Both the position numbers and the translations under genes were made by a program. Positions 1 through 13,765 of a stretch of 42,202 nt of DNA are shown piece after piece. The notes beneath the pieces were generated by a model. It saw nothing but the letters and a program-made list of their open reading frames with translations. It made no database searches and was not told the origin of the DNA. The stretch is from Octopus bimaculoides (lineage: Eukaryota): contig NC_068999.1 of NCBI RefSeq assembly GCF_001194135.2, positions 40,038,744-40,080,945 of the forward strand. The letters run 5' to 3'. The number at the start of each line of letters is the position of its first letter. Position 1 is the stretch's first letter.

Positions 1-46
1 CTCAGTAGTGAAGTGAAAGTACGTTATAAAAATAAAACTACTGAAC

Positions 47-125
<79 letters not shown>
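47..125. repeat. (AAT)n microsatellite
   Basis: Continuous AAT run directly visible. Confidence 0.97.
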
Positions 126-126
<1 letters not shown>

Positions 127-1110
127 CGTAGCGAATAGCAAGCTGGTTGGACGTGTGCCAGCGATATACCGGGAAGATTAGTTCAAATATGAAACCATCA
201 CGAACCAGGAATTAAGAATCCACAAGAGCAATGACAGGAAACTATGTTCTAGTGTAAGTCATCTCAGGAAACCGGAGTATATACATACAAAAAATAACTT
301 TCCTGTGCGTGAAAAGGTAAAGTCTTGGATTGCAATATTTCTATTCGAAAACTGCAAATTTGTGAGTAGAATATTAAATTTAATGACTGGTAGTCATGAT
401 GAGTATATAGAGCCTCGTATATTTTGTCCCAGTGTCACTTTGTTGGCATGCACTGCTCTCTCCCACAGTAAAATGTTTACGTATATATTAGAGAGTTACA
501 CATATGTGTATATGTAAGCATACATAAATGTGTGTGTGTGTTTATGTGCGAGTGTGTTGAGTCTGTGTGTGTGTGTGCGTGTGTGTGTGTGTGCGTGTAA
601 GTGAAAAGATATGCTATACAAGCGAAACGAATTTGATAACATATGACAAAGAAAGCCTACTAACTATATAAAGTCTACAACAAATAAACAAATTAAAATA
701 TATTTAAATAAATAGGAATAAAGACACACGCACAAACACACATACACACCACACAAACACACTCATAAACACATATATACCGACATATACATATTAGAAA
801 GAAATAATATATATTAAACGACATTGCTAATGGTTAAATGAAGTTTTGAAACATGTATTGTATTTCTCCAAAAATTTCAACACATTAGGAACATGTTTAT
901 TAAATTATACGCGGCATATTTACTTGCTATTAGATGACGAATAATATTTGTGAATTTAATGAAAGTCTACTATTGAAACGTTACATATATCTATAGATGC
1001 GCCGGAAGCAATTTTGAAAGATTGGTAATATTACGTTGTCAAGTATTTCGTATATACGGCGAGAGGGAAAGCATGAATAATAATAGGTACATACACAAAC
1101 ACAGAAAGAT

Positions 1111-1138
1111 ACACACACACGCACACGCACACACACAC

Positions 1139-1202
<64 letters not shown>

Positions 1203-1237
1203 GCGCACAAACGCACACACACAAACACGCACACACA
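1111..1237. repeat. Imperfect (CA)n microsatellite, representative of many CA/TG/TA tracts in the window
   Basis: Directly visible; explains the overlapping HTHT/CVCV ORFs. Confidence 0.95.
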
Positions 1238-2074
1238 TTCATGGGGGAAGAATGTAACTGTTTTATGGAACTAGTTGTTGCAAAAACTTTCAAAACATTC
1301 TATAAAGAGCTATTTAGATTTATGCAATCATCACGTACAAAACATACAGTCGTACACAACTAGATGATATATATATAAGGCATATTTATATATGTGCGCA
1401 TGTATGTGTATGTCTACATGCACAAACGCACGCACGCACACTCTTATATACATACATATATATTTATATCTATGTAGATATATATATATATATTTTTTTT
1501 CTAGTTATCTAACATCTATCTATGTGAACGTATGCATGTATCTTTATATAGCAACACACACAAACACACACACACACGCACACACACACACACACACACA
1601 CAGAAACACAAACACACACACCCACACACATGTACATTGTCGATGCATATATGAACGGAAATACAGTGAAATTTTGTAGGAATTGATGCTTTATATACAA
1701 TACGTGCGCGTATTTTTGTTTGTGTATTCATGTGCATCTATAAGTATTTTGTATATTTGGACGTGTATATATATTCGTGGAATGGTCATCGGTTCCATTA
1801 ATTTCATTTAAAATTTATTTATAAAATATAATTGGTTTAAGAAATCGAATCTTTTACTTTATGGATGGATGCTATTATTAAGAAGGAATTGAAAACTTTA
1901 TTAGAAAGACATACTTTATAAATTACATACTATAATATATTTCCTACAGCAATATATGTGTGTGTGTGTGCATGTGTGTGAGCGGTCGCGTTTACTTGTT
2001 TGTATATATGTCTGCCTCTGTGCTTGCCTTTGTGTAAATATATGCATACTTGAGTATTTTTGCACACGCACACA

Positions 2075-2113
<39 letters not shown>

Positions 2114-2699
2114 CATATATATATGTATTCACAGACATATACATTTATATAACAGAGAGTTATATGTGTGTATGTGTGCGTGTGTGTGCGTGCGTGCGTG
2201 TGTTCTTTATGTATTCGAAAACTGAGTTGCCGATTTTGACGTATGGGGTATCAAAAGATACAGTAATCTTTCTGCTAGCAAATAAATTTCATTTATATAT
2301 TTGCATTACCAAAAAATTAACATTACAATTTTTTTATTCACATATAAATGACATTTTATACTACCACCATAATGATTACAACCTCACGTTTTCTAAATGA
2401 GTGGGTTCGCGTGTTCGTTACGTACGTTAGGCTGATAACTGAGAAGTATATATGTGTGATGGTGCATGTGTCTGTCAGTATACATGCCTTTTTGTGGAGG
2501 CTGACGAACGCACACACACACGTGCCCGCGCACGCACACACATATACGCATCTAAAGACAGAGACATACAAACAGAGAGACGGAGATAGGCCTGAGGTGT
2601 GCTTCATTGTATATATGTGTGTCTGACTTGGTATATGTGCCACCCAACAATGAAACGCGCCGGATTTGAAAGAGTTTGTTTTAGTTGCAGCCTAGACGG

Positions 2700-3340
2700 T
2701 GAACGAACAGCAGTGTTCACTTTGAAGTGCCACATTTTGAATTTTCACTCCTTATAACCAGTTCGAAGATAATACATTTTAAACAGTTCTAGCGTCCTTA
2801 TCGTATTCCTGCTATGATGTTTCACCAGTGTGATTATACAAACCTGTGCAACCTCTATACTGCGTTAGTCAGCATTTATTCTACAGCCTATTATCTTACA
2901 CAGTTGAAATATATACCAATTGATGTTAAATTAATTTATATCTTGCTACATACATCCTTCAGCAAATGTTTGAATTAATTAACATTCAACACAACAACAT
3001 ATTCCTTTGTGTACACTTTGTTCAGCGTTCGTTTCAAAATTGTAAAATAATAAATTATTTTTGTATCTTCTGAATTTTCTTGGAGCTTCACTTTCTTCAC
3101 CATGACATTCATTCAATCCTGAATTTTACAACATTTAGTACATGTTCCAAATAAATGTTGACTTTCTATACTTTGTTACGTTGGTGATGCATAGTAATTT
3201 CTAAATTGGTAACTTACCAACTCTGGAATATTTCCCTTCAAAAAATGTTATAGCAGAAAGTGTTTTGTACCTATATTGACCGCATTTCGTTTCATTTGAA
3301 CTTCATGAGTGTACGGCTTGTTGTATTCAATATCATCAAT
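2700..3340 (-). mobile_element. Possible decayed Polinton/adintovirus-type protein-primed DNA polymerase fragment (Cys-rich region plus exonuclease I motif)
   Basis: Hand translation of the minus strand gives, across frameshifts and in order: EYNKPYTH, TKCGQY, QHLFGTCTKCCK, LNECH, then LLFYNFETNAEQSVHKGICCCVEC (FYNFET at 3047-3030). This resembles the FYDFET ExoI motif and the upstream Cys/His motifs of such polymerases, as recalled. No search was run. Confidence 0.4.
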
Positions 3341-4149
3341 TCTATGCATGTCTATGTGTCTGTGAGTGTGTGTGTGTGTGTGTGAACCAATTACGTTAGA
3401 ATTTAAATAATGTTGAAATGATCAGTGCCCTACACTTATAAAATATATAGGATTATGTCTTCTAAGCCTTATTTTTAAGTATACACGATATAAATATTAT
3501 ATGTTTTTGTCCAAGTTCACTCCAATGGCAGATATAATCATGTTGATATATATCTAAAGGCATACAAGCCGTCAGCAAACCGTCCTTTTACTCAAAGTCT
3601 GATTCAGATTAATTTACACAATATATATTTATTATTTTATGTTTTTGATATATTTATATTATATATTTCTATATTATTTTATATTATTATATATTTGATA
3701 TTTTAAAATTTCATTGTCAATGTGATATGAGAGATATTTAGCTGTCATTTCTAGCTTTTGGTCTATCGACTTTGTCTCAGGAGATACCATTTTTTTGCTG
3801 TTTCTGATTTACTGCAAATATCTTATTTCCGTTTTCTCTGATATTTTTTTCTTTATTCTTACTGCATTCATTACAGTGCAAGTTTTATAGACAAACTCAC
3901 ACAAATTCCAGTTTTTACCTGATTTCTTTCACGGTACGCTGAAGATTTGTCTTGCAGTCCTATTGAGGGAATAAAAGTAATAGAGTTATTGCATTTATTT
4001 TGTATAGAATCATATTTATATGCAACAAGAAGTGATATGAAATTCCGTTTGTACCTCCAAAGGATTACAGAAAGTCGAGCTTTCGGCAGGGTTCATGATA
4101 TTAGTATGGAATATGTAACTTTCGCAGGGAATTTTCTGACATTATCTGG

Positions 4150-5230
4150 TAGCTTCTCCCGGTATTTACTAAATTAAAGTATCGAAAATCATAGGTATTG
4201 TCCGATATATAAAGGATTGCTTCGAGTATTTTAAAGCTCGGGGCACGTAGCTATATATAACTGATTATTCTACGATTCAGATTCGAAAGATATTTTTGCA
4301 TTATTTGAGTTGCTAATGTTTTCATAGCGCTTGCTGCTGATGCGATATTTTATTGTATGGCATTGTTCAGTATATATCTATTTCACACCACCGAACTTTG
4401 GAGAACAACACTTGGTGTGGTACATCTGATAACCGAATGTCTTTACTCTGTTAGAAATATGATACGATCAAAGCCAAAGAAGAAACATTCACGTGGTCGT
4501 TGGCCCTGCTACAAATATTAGCTAGATGTGCTTGCAAATGACTTCCAACCAATAGTATCTGTCGTCACCACACTAATAAAAAAAGTACTTGGCAAGTCAA
4601 CATAATGAATGCTGGGTACGTAAGATACGAATTAGTTATGTAGCTATGTCTATATAAAGTGTTGTTATGTGTAACGACATTAAATGGTAGGAGTTCATCC
4701 TGCACAAGACAGCAATGCGAAATCAGGCAAATAGAACTACAGTGCATCTACCAGAACATGGCTGGTACAACCATTCCACGAACATTACCAATTTTAATGA
4801 CAAATAAAGTAAATGTCATCCGTAACCCAGAAAAAAGTGATAGTTACCTCTGGATAAACGGACTGTTATTTAGCCATTTTAGTAAGTTGTGAATAGTTGC
4901 TGTGGAACATATATTCTAAATTTTTGTAAGCAATTTGGAAGGCGATAGCGAGATAAAAATCCTGAAAACTGTGACAGAAAACGGATTTAGTAGGTCAGGC
5001 GTTGTTACACACAGCTTTTCCAAAGTAGGACATCCTAAATCTCATTTCTGACCATTATACTGACTGTAACTACCGGTAGCATCGAGCGTATTTTACGTAG
5101 CTCAAAGGAAAGCAGGAGCGGAGAACTGAACATTGATTGTACCAAATATTTACTGATGAGTGCAAGTCGCTGAACTTTATTCTGACACAAACTATTGAAT
5201 TATTTGTTTAAATGGAGAGGTATGAACTGA
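4150..5230 (+). mobile_element. Heavily decayed hAT-superfamily transposase relic
   Basis: Frameshifted fragments YGIVQ/IYLFHTTELW, KILKTVTENGF, AFPK*DIL and LTIILTVTTGSIERI (~5048-5092) are colinear with the hAT C-terminal dimerisation motif (FPN..I.L.IFLT.PVT.AS.ERSFS). Confidence 0.5.
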
Positions 5231-5464
5231 AGATCTTTCAGGTTTAGCGCGACGTTACCTCAGCAGTTTAGTACAATAATATTTACAGGTGTCACGCCGC
5301 TAGTTTCACATAGAATCACATTCAACTCAGCTGTCTACTAAGATATGTTGTAATGATTTGTGAAAATTCTATCATCAAGTTATTTCGTGTTGCGGAATTT
5401 CTTTACAACGTCTACACAAAATGCTATAATTTCTACTGCTTCGTTCCCTTTAAAGTGCGTACTT

Positions 5465-5720
5465 GGCAACACAGTCAACTAACATAAATTTCTTAGATAA
5501 TCTACAGGCTATAGCTAACAGAGAAAAACAAATCTCAATTGCATTCTTCACAATGATGCAGAGCCAGAGATTGCTTTCAAGACCAGACAGTTGTCATCGA
5601 GTCTGAGCATTACCAGAATTTCATTTATATGACACGACAAACGCAAACATTGATGCCAAAGAAACTCTAAATAGGTTGGGTCATTCAACATCCACTTCTT
5701 CATTTTCGACCAATTGAATC
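5465..5720 (+). mobile_element. Possible short mariner transposase relic
   Basis: Reads NTVN...CILHNDAEPEIAFKTRQL, resembling TVN...ILLHDNARPH.A.KTRQ. Several stops; weak. Confidence 0.3.
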
Positions 5721-6400
5721 TATCAAATAATATGGGTTGCAAGTTAAAGTGTTACACTGTAATAGTTGGGGATACACAAACACACACATGTATGTGTATA
5801 TGTAAACCCAATTATTAACCATAGAAATACGTCCATTTTACTTATTTCTTCTCTCTAAATTTGGAACGTGCTGATCAGCCGCATTCAACTTTCAACCCCT
5901 TCTGGAGTCCCATCTGAAATGTCTACATCATTTGTGAATTCCAAGATAACAAGAAGGCATTCTATTAATATACATATCATAGTGTCTAAATAGAACTGGA
6001 GATACTAATCTTCATAACATTAGTATTTAATTCTATTTAATATCAGCGGACATATACATACATGTGTGCATGTGTGTGTGTACGCATGTATACAATATAC
6101 ACACACACACGCACACTCATACACAGACACACACACAAAGAGAAAAAAGGAGTTTGAGAATAGATATCTGGTCGTGTGTGAGGTTGACTATAATTTAGTA
6201 CGCTTGTGTCAGTTTTCCTGTATTTCTCTGTGCACATATCCACATTGTTTGCAAATAAGTAGAAATATTTGTGCAATTTATTATTTGTCAGCTGCCCAAA
6301 ATAACTGTAATATAATAGGTGAAGCAAAGAGGAATCTCGTTTTTCATTGGAAAGCTATGCTAATTTAAATTAGCAATATATATGTGTACATGCATATATT

Positions 6401-6437
<37 letters not shown>

Positions 6438-7899
6438 ATACATACTAATATGTGTATAAACATACATTCTCTCCCTCGCTCTCTCTTTCTTTCTCAAACA
6501 CACACACAGATGCATATAATCAATTGACTTTTAGATTATAATCGGTTCCGTACAATACACTTTCACATATGAAATTTTTGCAAATTTAGAATATTAATTC
6601 GTAAACGCTCCGCACAGCAAGAATATATTTGTAACACATTGTTCAGTGTTTGTAATTCAACATATCCGCCACATCAAAATGGTGGCATCATTCATTCGTC
6701 TTTGGTTGCTCTAGTGCAAACGTAATGTATTCCACGGCTAACTATAGTTCCTTTACGAATATTCTAAATCTAATTTCGCTATGTCGCTGTCTATAGCCAA
6801 CTTTTAACAATTAGCATCAATTCAAAGAAATTATAATAGTTCTGCTCCAGACGCAATTTCCAACCGGAAACTATTGTATTACGCTCAGAATACATTTGTT
6901 GCGCCTGCGTGATGGTTTTTCGGTTTCCGAAATCAATTTAGAAAGCATTAAAAATAGAACAAAGTTAACAGTGAAATAATAGCTTCAAATGGATTCTAGT
7001 GTTTTAAAATAAAATATTGATGGGGCAAATTCGGACAACTTCAAATATTTAAAGAGTAAAGATCTTTTGTTTTAAGTCGTGTAACGTATTAAGATAAGTG
7101 GTTTCAACGTAATTGCTTGAATTTATTTTTGATTGCTCCAACATATATGTACGTATGTATGTATGTTTGTATGTATGTGCTTGTGTATGTGTGTATGCAT
7201 ACACATATATACATTTATATATGTCTATATCTGTTTATATGTGTGTGCTTCGTGTCTGCTGTGTCTGTGTGTGAGAGAGAGTGTGTGTGTGTATGTGTGT
7301 GGGTGTGTGTGTGTGTACGCGCATAATATAGAAAGAAATCAGAATTTAATTTTGGTATAAGATACAAATAATATTGAAATTGCATTTTGGCTCCAAAAGA
7401 CCCCAAGTGCCATAAGTCAATAGTCTCAACTTCAGCAATCCAAATATGCGCTGTGACTTTCATTCTTATCTCAAGCAAATCTTTCTTAATCAAGTGGAAC
7501 CACAGATAAAGCAATTCGGCATCTACTGTAACTTCTGAAATATTCACGCGATTTTCTGTGTGTAGCAGCACAATTGCAATTCAATGTGTTCCTTTGAAAG
7601 TATACTTGAGAAGGATTCTTAAGATATTTGTATAACCTTTAGAGATTTTTACTGTCTAATTGTGATATGTATTTTCGTAATTACTTCTTCGTAGAGCAGT
7701 TTCAAATTCTGTTATGAGATGTTTTACTTGACTCGTTTCACTTTCTTCTTTCTTTCTTTTCACTCTCGCTCTTTTTCTTTCTCGTTTCTCCGGCTACCCT
7801 TCTCTCCTCTCCCCTCACTATTATACTTTCAAGCAAAAGGACACAAACATGAAAGAATTGCCATGAGCAATATCAGAAAGGACGTGGCAGAAAGGATGC

Positions 7900-8330
7900 T
7901 GTCAGTGGAAAGCTAATCGCATTCCTAGAAAAAAAAAGTGACTTACTCGAGACAGCCGACACGGTTACCGCTGTGGAAAAAGCTTCTTTCTGCAACATTA
8001 TTACTGAGTAAGGAAACAACCAGTGAATCGTCCAAACGTGGATGTGATATATCTCATTTTTGCAAAGGCCTTCAATAAGGTTGATCATGGGATGACATGT
8101 CATTAGATCAAACTACGGAGAATCGGCATAGTTGGAAAACTGACAAAGTAGCTATATGACTTTTGAATAGGCTTAAGCCAGGCTGTGATAGCCGATGAAG
8201 TCTCAGAGAAATGTCTTGGTGCCGCTGCTATTTATGGCTGCTCTTTTGAACATGCTATCAGTTGCATAGACAGCCACTCTTACTAGCTACGCTGACAAGA
8301 CAAAACTATTACAAGCAGTCAAGGAACATT
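7900..8330 (+). mobile_element. Decayed non-LTR retrotransposon (CR1/L2-type, Jockey group) reverse transcriptase fragment
   Basis: Colinear motifs KLIAFLE, RHGYRCGKS, NVDVIYLIFAKAFNKVDHG (8035-8091), KLRRIGIVGKL, LVPLLF and SYADKTKL (YADD site at 8288-8299, D to K). Contains stops and frameshifts. Confidence 0.85.
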
Positions 8331-8932
8331 TCAATGCTAATCTAGAGAAAAACTACAGTATTTTAAAAGTACTTTGTATATCCACATCAAGGTGAAAAAC
8401 AAAGTTGATCTCTGCTGTTCTTCAGCTGACTAAATACCGCAATTTGATATATATCGCTGTAATAACTCTGCAATTTCTCCGAATAATGACAATTAGTGAA
8501 ATGTAGGGTCATTAATACTTTGAATAAAAGTGAGATTTATTACTTTTAATAAGACTATAATATATCGATCTTATCAATCTTATTTAAGCATGAAATTTTC
8601 CATTTAAAATACACTTATATATTACTTTTCTTGCTTGATTATATGAATACAATAACGTTATTTGTGATATGACAGGTAAGGTTTGATGCATGCATTTGCT
8701 ACCATGGACAATATAAGAAATATGGCATACACACAATAATTATAAATTAATTGTTAACAATTTTGTGATAAAATGAATACTAATTTTCTAAGGAAAAATG
8801 TTTATTGAATTAAAACAAAATTAAATGCAACAAAATTGTCATTTTTATAACTCCTCCCACAACGATGCTTTCATTTACTCTTTCTTCTCCTCATTCTTTA
8901 TGATTCTTTCTCTCTACTCATCCTGCACTTAT

Positions 8933-9146
8933 GGGTTGCGAGCTCGTAGGATCGTTAGCAATCCGGGCAAATCGCTTAGCGGCATTACGCTTGTCTTTAC
9001 ATTCCGAGTTTAAAAAATCAGCCGAGTTCGAGTTTGACTCGAAATATGTTCGTTAATATATGTGCCAGTGGAGCACTGGGATCGATATAATCGACTTACC
9101 CCTCTCCCCCAAAATTGCTGACCTTGTGCCAAATTTTAAAATCAAT
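8933..9146 (+). mobile_element. tRNA-derived SINE, family A (near full length)
   Basis: Head ggatcgttagca..ccgggcaaatcgcttagcgg, B-box-like gagtt.aaa, and 3' gagcactggg.tcgatataatcgacttacccc...aaattgctgaccttgtgccaaa, shared with many other copies in the window. Confidence 0.85.
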
Positions 9147-10267
9147 ACATTACCTCTCTCTTTATCACGCATTTACTCCCTTTTCTTTTTCTGAAAAAAA
9201 AAACAAAAAACTTCTCCTCTTACGATGTAAAGCATGACGATAGAAATCAATCAGCCAACAAACGAACGTTTATACTGGTTGTTGTTATTATACAGAAGAT
9301 TGGCTTTGTGCCTACTGTAAAAAGGATTGGACTGGATTCGAACATTACACAATTTCTAGAAGTTGTTGATCATAATTAAGAAAAAAATGAAATGCTCAAA
9401 GTTGAAAACCAAACTGGTATATATACATACCCCAGCAATAATACAGGGGATAATGATCGGAGATCAGCCTTCTTGCATTGCAATGTAGAAGAGATGGAAC
9501 TACCGACATTGCTATTATGATGTCTCATGTCTAAAGATGATGTTAATATCATAATAGAATGAAAATTACATTAACATAAATCCAGGAATATTTTAGATGT
9601 CGTAATTCCGGTGACATTTTCGTGTTGTTTCAAGACTTGATATTTCACTGCTTTCCTACGCAACAAATGTCAATATACAAGTATTACGGTTTTATATCGA
9701 GATTTCTGTTTGGAATGACATTATATCTTCATTTGCACATTGACACTAAATATCATAATTCATTTTTTTTTATTATACCTCATACATGTGTGTGTGTGAG
9801 TGAAAGAGAGACAGAGACAGGAAGAATGTGTATATGTATGTGTTTGTGTATGTGTGTGCGCGTCTTTATGTCTTTCGTATTTCAGTGCATGTGGTTTTGT
9901 GTACGTATGCGTGTGTCTGTATATGTGTGTGTGTGTGCCACAAGTGCCGAAATATGGTATTTCCGAATTATATTCGCTTCCAGTAAGCTAAACAAGAAGA
10001 ATAACCAGTTTCGTTTAAGAACGTCGGTCAAATTGAGGTGCACGCGATCTGATTTCCATCATAGGTTCGAGGCAACCGTTGTTTTCATAGAGTTCCTTTC
10101 ATTTCAAATTGTGCAACGTCGATGTTCATACGCTTTCAGTGTGCATAAGTCCACATATTCCAACAGTGGTACATAATGAATTACAGTTTACAGCATCCTA
10201 ACAGCATACAACGGCTTAACGGCTCCGTTCATCAAACTGTAAATGGGTTCTTTAATATTGGACATCT

Positions 10268-10450
10268 GTTATTTCTTACTTGTTTTACTGGACTGCGGAC
10301 ACGCTGGAGCATTGCACTGCAGGGTTTAGTTGAACAAATCGACTGAAGAATTTATTTTTAAGCTTGATACTATCCTCTCTTCTTTCCGAGCCGCTAAGTT
10401 ACATAAATGTTAAACTTCCAATACTGGTTTTCAAACGAATGTGTGGGACA
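10268..10450 (-). mobile_element. SINE family B, 3' half
   Basis: Reverse complement aligns to the 3' half of the 35360-35956 element (aacttagcggctcgg...cagcgtg.ccgcagtc...aaacaagtaaga). Confidence 0.75.
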
Positions 10451-12261
10451 GGATCCAACGTACACCAATATATCAATTTCCATTTAATCTTCATTGTAGT
10501 TTAAATAAAGTGGTTTCTTCTACCAGACATTTAGCATACTGACGATAAGAGGAACCAATGATTACACGTAGTATACGACATAGAAAAAAATATATTTTTA
10601 TAGTGGCTGCTGCAGGAAAGGGACGCAACCCTGAATGAAGAAGGAGATGCCTCCGGAAAAGGAGAAGAAAATGATATAATCGGACGAAGATCATCAGATG
10701 TGAAATGTAATGTATGTGAAAAAAGCTGTGAGGGGAGGCAGAACGTTCACGTGTAAATCGTTGAAATACCTTGTTGAATAAATTTAAGCTAATATGCCGC
10801 TTGGCCAGTTGTCAAAAATTATACATTGTATGTATTCTGAATGATAATATTTAAGCATTAACCACGAGTTAGAATAGTTCGAAAGTGAATATTTTATTGT
10901 ATTCATCTCTGTACTTGACTGGTATTTATTTTAACCCCACCACTACCACCGCCATGACAATCGCAAGGATAGAATTAGAGTTTAACAGCACTTTAATTCA
11001 CAACTCAAATAAATGTAATAGAATATCAGAAGGCATTTTCCAGTTAAACTAACAATTCAGCCAATATTACTGGTTTATACCTGTGTGTATTTATTACACG
11101 TAGTTATGGACCGATAATTGTCAAAAAATCATGCAAATATGCATCATCAACGGAGTTCTGTTGTTCAGCTCTTCAACATTGTATCACTCACGCTTCTCAT
11201 ATACTCAGTCATATTCATTCTTTTGTATATAAACCACACACATCTGCAATCACTTATAAACTCTCATACGCGTTGACAGCCACATACACTTTGACACACT
11301 CATACAAACATATATACAAATACATTCTGTTCACACTTGCATAAACATTATCACACAGAAATTGGTAAATTTGTCGATTAAAGAAGGGCAAGAAAAATAT
11401 ACGTCAGAATTATTGATGCTGTTTTTGAAAAGTGATTAATGGTTAACGTGATTAAAGACAGAAAACAAAAACAAAAAAAAATGTCATGTTAAAGGCGGAC
11501 GACATAATCAATGGGAAAATGTCGTGAACGGGCGTTACATTGATTGTTTATGCGGTAAAAAGTTGGCATTGTAATGATTAAAAGAAGCAAATAGTCAATT
11601 ATAACGTAGAAGAAAACGTCGTTTTTATAATGAAGAAATAAAGGCAATCAGAAATGTGTAATTATATTTTTCAAGTGAAAGATCATAAGCCAGCGACAAA
11701 ACGTGTTAAATTTGCAGTAAATTAGATAAATGTATGTTTATGATGCGAAGTGTTTATTTATTTATCCTTTATTGAGACAGATGACGAAGAAGAAACAAAA
11801 GACTTATATTTAGATTCTTGACCTCCATGAAGTTTCACGCCTCTTTCCTATCAAGTGAGATTGGTATTTGCTGACATTTTATTTCAACATTTTTATGCTT
11901 TAAGTAAACTAAGAATGGAGCTTCTATGGGATGGTACATCGTACTACAATTTCCTTATATCTCTCAACTCATAGCCTAAAGATTTAAAAATCTAATCAAA
12001 TTGAAGTTGCATTGGACAATGTGATTTGTTATACATAGTAGTTATACAAAAATGTTGACTTTGTCTGGGAAGGAATGTCTTTATCCGAGTCTGAATTACG
12101 GATAAATACCAACACGTAGTGTAATTTCAAGAAACACTAAGCAAATCTCCCTCATATCGTATCATCGTAAAAAATGAAGGATAACCTTCTAGCTATAATA
12201 TATTTACAGATTAGAAAACTACTTGATTTTATGGATTCCCATTGGCTGAAATGCCATAATA

Positions 12262-12415
12262 TTTAGGTACAGGGCCAGCAGTTTTGAGGAATATTAAGTT
12301 TATACACTCAATGCTCAATGCCCTGAATGATAGTTTATTTTATCAAGTCTTAGAAAAGACGAAAGGGTGACCTCACCTCGGTGGAATTCGAACTCAGATC
12401 ATATGGAGCTCAAAC
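12262..12415 (-). mobile_element. SINE family A, partial and decayed
   Basis: Contains acagggccagcagtttt, cctcggtggaattcgaactcaga; reverse complement of the family A core. Confidence 0.7.
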
Positions 12416-12896
12416 AATTGTGACAAAATATGTTCCTTGCCGCATTAATAATGGTTTACATAGACGTACAATCGATTAATTTGGAAACTTTTATGACAAA
12501 TCATTGTCTGGTACTTTATTTTCTGATACATTTTGAGCATTTCCCATCATTGAATTACACCACATTCATTACAATACACCCTTGACTGAGATACTGAGAT
12601 ACTGACATGCTAAACAGAGACGCTGTATTTCTCATCGACGCCGAAAGAACGGTAAGCTAATCTGACAGCAACGGAATTCAAACTCAGAAGATAAAAACCC
12701 GGAGAAAATACCAGAAACCTTTTTTTTTTTTTCATTGACTTCAACATTTCAGGCAATTTACCATCTTGTTAGAGAAAATGAACGGAAAAATAATTGCTTC
12801 AAATTTTTGCACAAGAACAATTTTGTGGGAGGTGATTAGTACTTGACTAGTGATAATGATGGTGATGGTGTTTTTAATGCTGCTCGTACTGCTACA

Positions 12897-13010
12897 GATG
12901 ATGATGATGAAGATGATGATGATGATGACGATGATGATGATGATGACGACGACGACGACGATGATGATGATGATGAGGAGGAGGAGGATGAGGATGATGA
13001 TGATGATGAT
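12897..13010. repeat. Compound (GAT)n/(GAC)n/(GAG)n trinucleotide microsatellite
   Basis: Directly visible; source of the poly-D/M/I ORFs. Confidence 0.95.
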
Positions 13011-13627
13011 TTTCATGTGCATTTTCTTTCTACAAGCAATATTCGATTTGACGTTTCTGGGGTTAACAAGTAATAACAATTTAATTAATGGAATGTTATT
13101 TCATAAATTTAATTCATATGAAAAATTTGCTAAATGTATATTTTTTAATAAAAATACACAAAACAGAACTAAAATAACATATTATTGCTGTACAAAGAAA
13201 ATTTGATATTTTGGTCAACGTTTCCTGTTATTTATAGAAACTAATTTCAACAAATATAGCTACAAGTAATAGAAAATATATTTTTGTTGTTCTCTTTTAT
13301 ACCTATTTTATTTAAATTATTGGAAATTGACTTTGTTATGAGATAACCATAAATGTCAAATAGTACAACACTGCATTTCTAAAGGGTCGTAAATAAAAAT
13401 TAAAGAATTTATAGCTATTTTCTTTTCTTGCTATTTCTACAGATTTACAAAAAAAAAAAATGTCATACCTGCTCCAGATTTCTTAAACAAAACTACAGGT
13501 GATAGGATCGATAATATATATAGAAATTGGCGAATGTATATATCATGATTGTGCGTTCATGCTCCTATCAAGTGATACTCAAAACTGGTGAAATAGTTTG
13601 AGCTAATGTTTAGGTTTTGATAAGTCT

Positions 13628-13765
13628 TTTCAATTTTTAGCACAGGGCCAGGAATTTTGAGGTAAAGGGGCTACTTGACTAAATCTAGCGCCACTGCTTA
13701 ACGGATATTTATCTTATCGAGCACCAAAAATTTAAAGGTAAAATACTCAGCTCTTTAAATCTAAA
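13628..13765 (-). mobile_element. SINE family A, 3' part, decayed
   Basis: ttttagcacagggccaggaattttgagg...ttatcga matches the reverse complement of the family A tail. Confidence 0.6.

Noticed and set aside
981-2643. Many overlapping ORFs rich in HT, CV or YI dipeptides (also near 6-7.3k, 19.5k, 28.3k and 37.7k)
   Set aside because: They are translations of CA/TG/TA microsatellites, which lack stops in several frames.
5153-5175. CTGATGAG as a possible hammerhead ribozyme core
   Set aside because: No GAAA after a stem II and no flanking stems.
12741-13206. Poly-Asp, poly-Met and poly-Ile ORFs
   Set aside because: All come from one (GAT)n tract; there is no splice or homology support.
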